Positions 62,259-64,000 of a DNA stretch of 64,000 nt are shown here, piece after piece (within the stretch, counting starts at the first letter, position 1; each line of letters starts with the position of its first letter). Origin of the DNA: Cyanophyceae cyanobacterium (GTDB lineage Bacteria; Cyanobacteriota; Cyanobacteriia; Cyanobacteriales; Laspinemataceae); NCBI GenBank assembly GCA_038321985.1, contig JBBQFN010000010.1, positions 32,001 through 96,000 on the forward strand, written 5' to 3'. Under the pieces are notes generated by a model, which saw only the letters and a program-made list of their open reading frames with translations, was not told where the DNA came from and made no database searches. The position numbers and the translations under genes were made by a program.

Positions 62259-64000
62259 TTAATCCACTCCCTCAATCGGCGCAAATCCTTGGCGCTGAAC
62301 GTTTTCGCTAACATGACGGGGTTCTAGGAATTGCAGCAGATAATCCGGTCCTCCAGCTTTTGAACCGACCCCAGACAGCTTAAATCCGCCAAAGGGTTGT
62401 CGCGCTACGATCGCCCCAGTAATGCCCCGGTTAATATACAGGTTGCCGACTTCAAACTCAGCGTAGGCACGATCAATATGAGAAGGGGTCCGGGAATATA
62501 ACCCCCCAGTTAGGGCAAAATTTGTCCCGTTAGCAATTTCTAAGGCTTCGTCAAAATCTTTAGCCCGAATCACTGCTAACACTGGACCAAAAATTTCTTC
62601 TTGGGCGATCGCCGCATCAGGTTTGACGTTACTAAAAATCGTGGGTCCAATAAAATAACCCTTCTCTGGAACCGCCATTTCTAGGACTAATTCCGCCTCA
62701 GCTTTCCCTTTAGTAATATACTCCCGAATGCGATCGCGGGCGTTGGCATCAATTACCGGTCCAATTTGGGTACTCATTGCTTCTGCTACCCCAACATTGA
62801 GCGATCGCGTAGCTTCAACCAACCGATTCACAAAGGTTTCATAAACGGGTTCTAACACAATTACCCGAGAACAAGCGGAGCATTTTTGTCCACTATATCC
62901 AAATGCCGATTGTACCACCCCTGCCACCGCTGGATCAAGGTCCGCACTTTCATCTACAATCACGGCATTTTTGCCACCCATTTCGGCAATCACCTTTTTC
63001 AGGTGTTTTTGTCCCGGTTGCAAAATAGCAGCTTCGGCATAAATTTGACAGCCGACCTCTTGAGACCCCGTAAACACAATGGTATTTACATCGGGATGTT
63101 TGACCAGATAGGAACCCACGCTAGAGCCCTTACAGGGGATATATTGAAATACCCCAGCCGGTATTCCTGCTTCGACTAAAATTTCGGCAAATTTAGCGGC
63201 AATTACGGATGAAACTTCCGCCGGTTTTAACAAGGTACAATTCCCCGCCACCAACGAAGCAACAGTCATCCCAACCGGAATGGCAAAGGGGAAATTCCAA
63301 GGAGAAATGACAATCGTAATCCCCCGGGGTTGATAGTGATAGCGGTTGGTTTCTCCAGCGACATCGTAATTGACTCCGCTATCAAGTCGTTCCATTTCAT
63401 CGGCATAATAGCGACAAAAATCAATTCCCTCGGAGATTTCTGCATCACATTCCCGTAAGGGTTTGCCAACTTCTAATACCATCCACGCGGATAATTCATG
63501 GCGGCGTTGTTCCATTAAATCTCCGGCTTTCCGAAGTAAATTAGCCCGATCGCCGGCGGGGGTGGTTCGCCACTGAGTTAAGGCAGCTTTTGCAGCGGCG
63601 ATCGCCTGATCTGCCTGTTCCAGCGACATTAACCCAATTTTGCCAATCACTTCCGTAGGATTGGAAGGATTGACCGAATCTACGGTATTTGGGGCATTGA
63701 TGCGATCGCCATTAATTAAAGGCAGATAAATTTTACCCAGTTGTTGCCGAACCGAGGCTAATGCCGTTGCCGCTTCTTCCCGTTCTTTGGTATCAGCATA
63801 ATCGCGATCGGGTGCAGCATTGGGTAATGCTTTATTGTGAATGGCGATCGCCTGATTCCCGTTGGGTTGCGGGGGGCCAATTAAACTTTCAATCGGGCGA
63901 TCTTCCTGACTTTGCCGCACAAACGAACTATTAGCTGTATTTTCGAGTAAGCGGCGAATCAGATACGCCATCCCCGGCAATAGATCCCCATAAGGGCAAT
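62259..64000 (-). CDS. putA: Bifunctional proline dehydrogenase / P5C dehydrogenase, C-terminal part; 5' end lies outside the window
   Basis: AYLIRRLLENTANSSF end of PRODH; ISPWNFP, FTGS, AEMGGKN, GQKCSACSR, EEIFGPV, QPFGGFKLSG. Confidence 0.95.
   Translation of the reverse strand, partial: CPYGDLLPGMAYLIRRLLENTANSSFVRQSQEDRPIESLIGPPQPNGNQAIAIHNKALPNAAPDRDYADTKEREEAATALASVRQQLGKIYLPLINGDRINAPNTVDSVNPSNPTEVIGKIGLMSLEQADQAIAAAKAALTQWRTTPAGDRANLLRKAGDLMEQRRHELSAWMVLEVGKPLRECDAEISEGIDFCRYYADEMERLDSGVNYDVAGETNRYHYQPRGITIVISPWNFPFAIPVGMTVASLVAGNCTLLKPAEVSSVIAAKFAEILVEAGIPAGVFQYIPCKGSSVGSYLVKHPDVNTIVFTGSQEVGCQIYAEAAILQPGQKHLKKVIAEMGGKNAVIVDESADLDPAVAGVVQSAFGYSGQKCSACSRVIVLEPVYETFVNRLVEATRSLNVGVAEAMSTQIGPVIDANARDRIREYITKGKAEAELVLEMAVPEKGYFIGPTIFSNVKPDAAIAQEEIFGPVLAVIRAKDFDEALEIANGTNFALTGGLYSRTPSHIDRAYAEFEVGNLYINRGITGAIVARQPFGGFKLSGVGSKAGGPDYLLQFLEPRHVSENVQRQGFAPIEGVD

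Overview
This is chromosomal DNA of a filamentous cyanobacterium. The HIP1 octamer GCGATCGC is very frequent, cyanobacterial genes such as cyaC, ycf54, ycf23/DUF561, cpmA and tandem amiC are present, and the repeat families look Oscillatoriales-like (Oscillatoria/Laspinema-like is an inference). Most of the window is housekeeping (hisC, pepN, glmU, deoC, recO, ispF, pdxJ, crtE, folD, putA) and signalling (two histidine kinases, CyaC, REC-HD-GYP, a SpoIIE/Slr1658/Slr1659 partner switch). I found no rRNA, tRNA, CRISPR array or intact transposase. The main leads are: (1) an ino1 + PfkB kinase + PIP-synthase-like CDP-alcohol phosphotransferase cluster, pointing to inositol-phospholipid or inositol-phosphodiester synthesis, which is not part of the canonical cyanobacterial lipid set; (2) an unannotated ~310-nt minus-strand structured RNA candidate with a near-consensus sigma70 promoter, a multi-stem fold and a 10-bp long-range pairing, converging on a 55-aa hydrophobic peptide; (3) a 43-aa small ORF with a strong RBS downstream of cyaC; (4) a membrane-anchored caspase-WD40 protein with Tyr at the usual catalytic Cys position; (5) several GTAG-REP/MITE-like repeat families, one of which brackets a GNAT gene. 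All product calls come from motif recognition without database searches.
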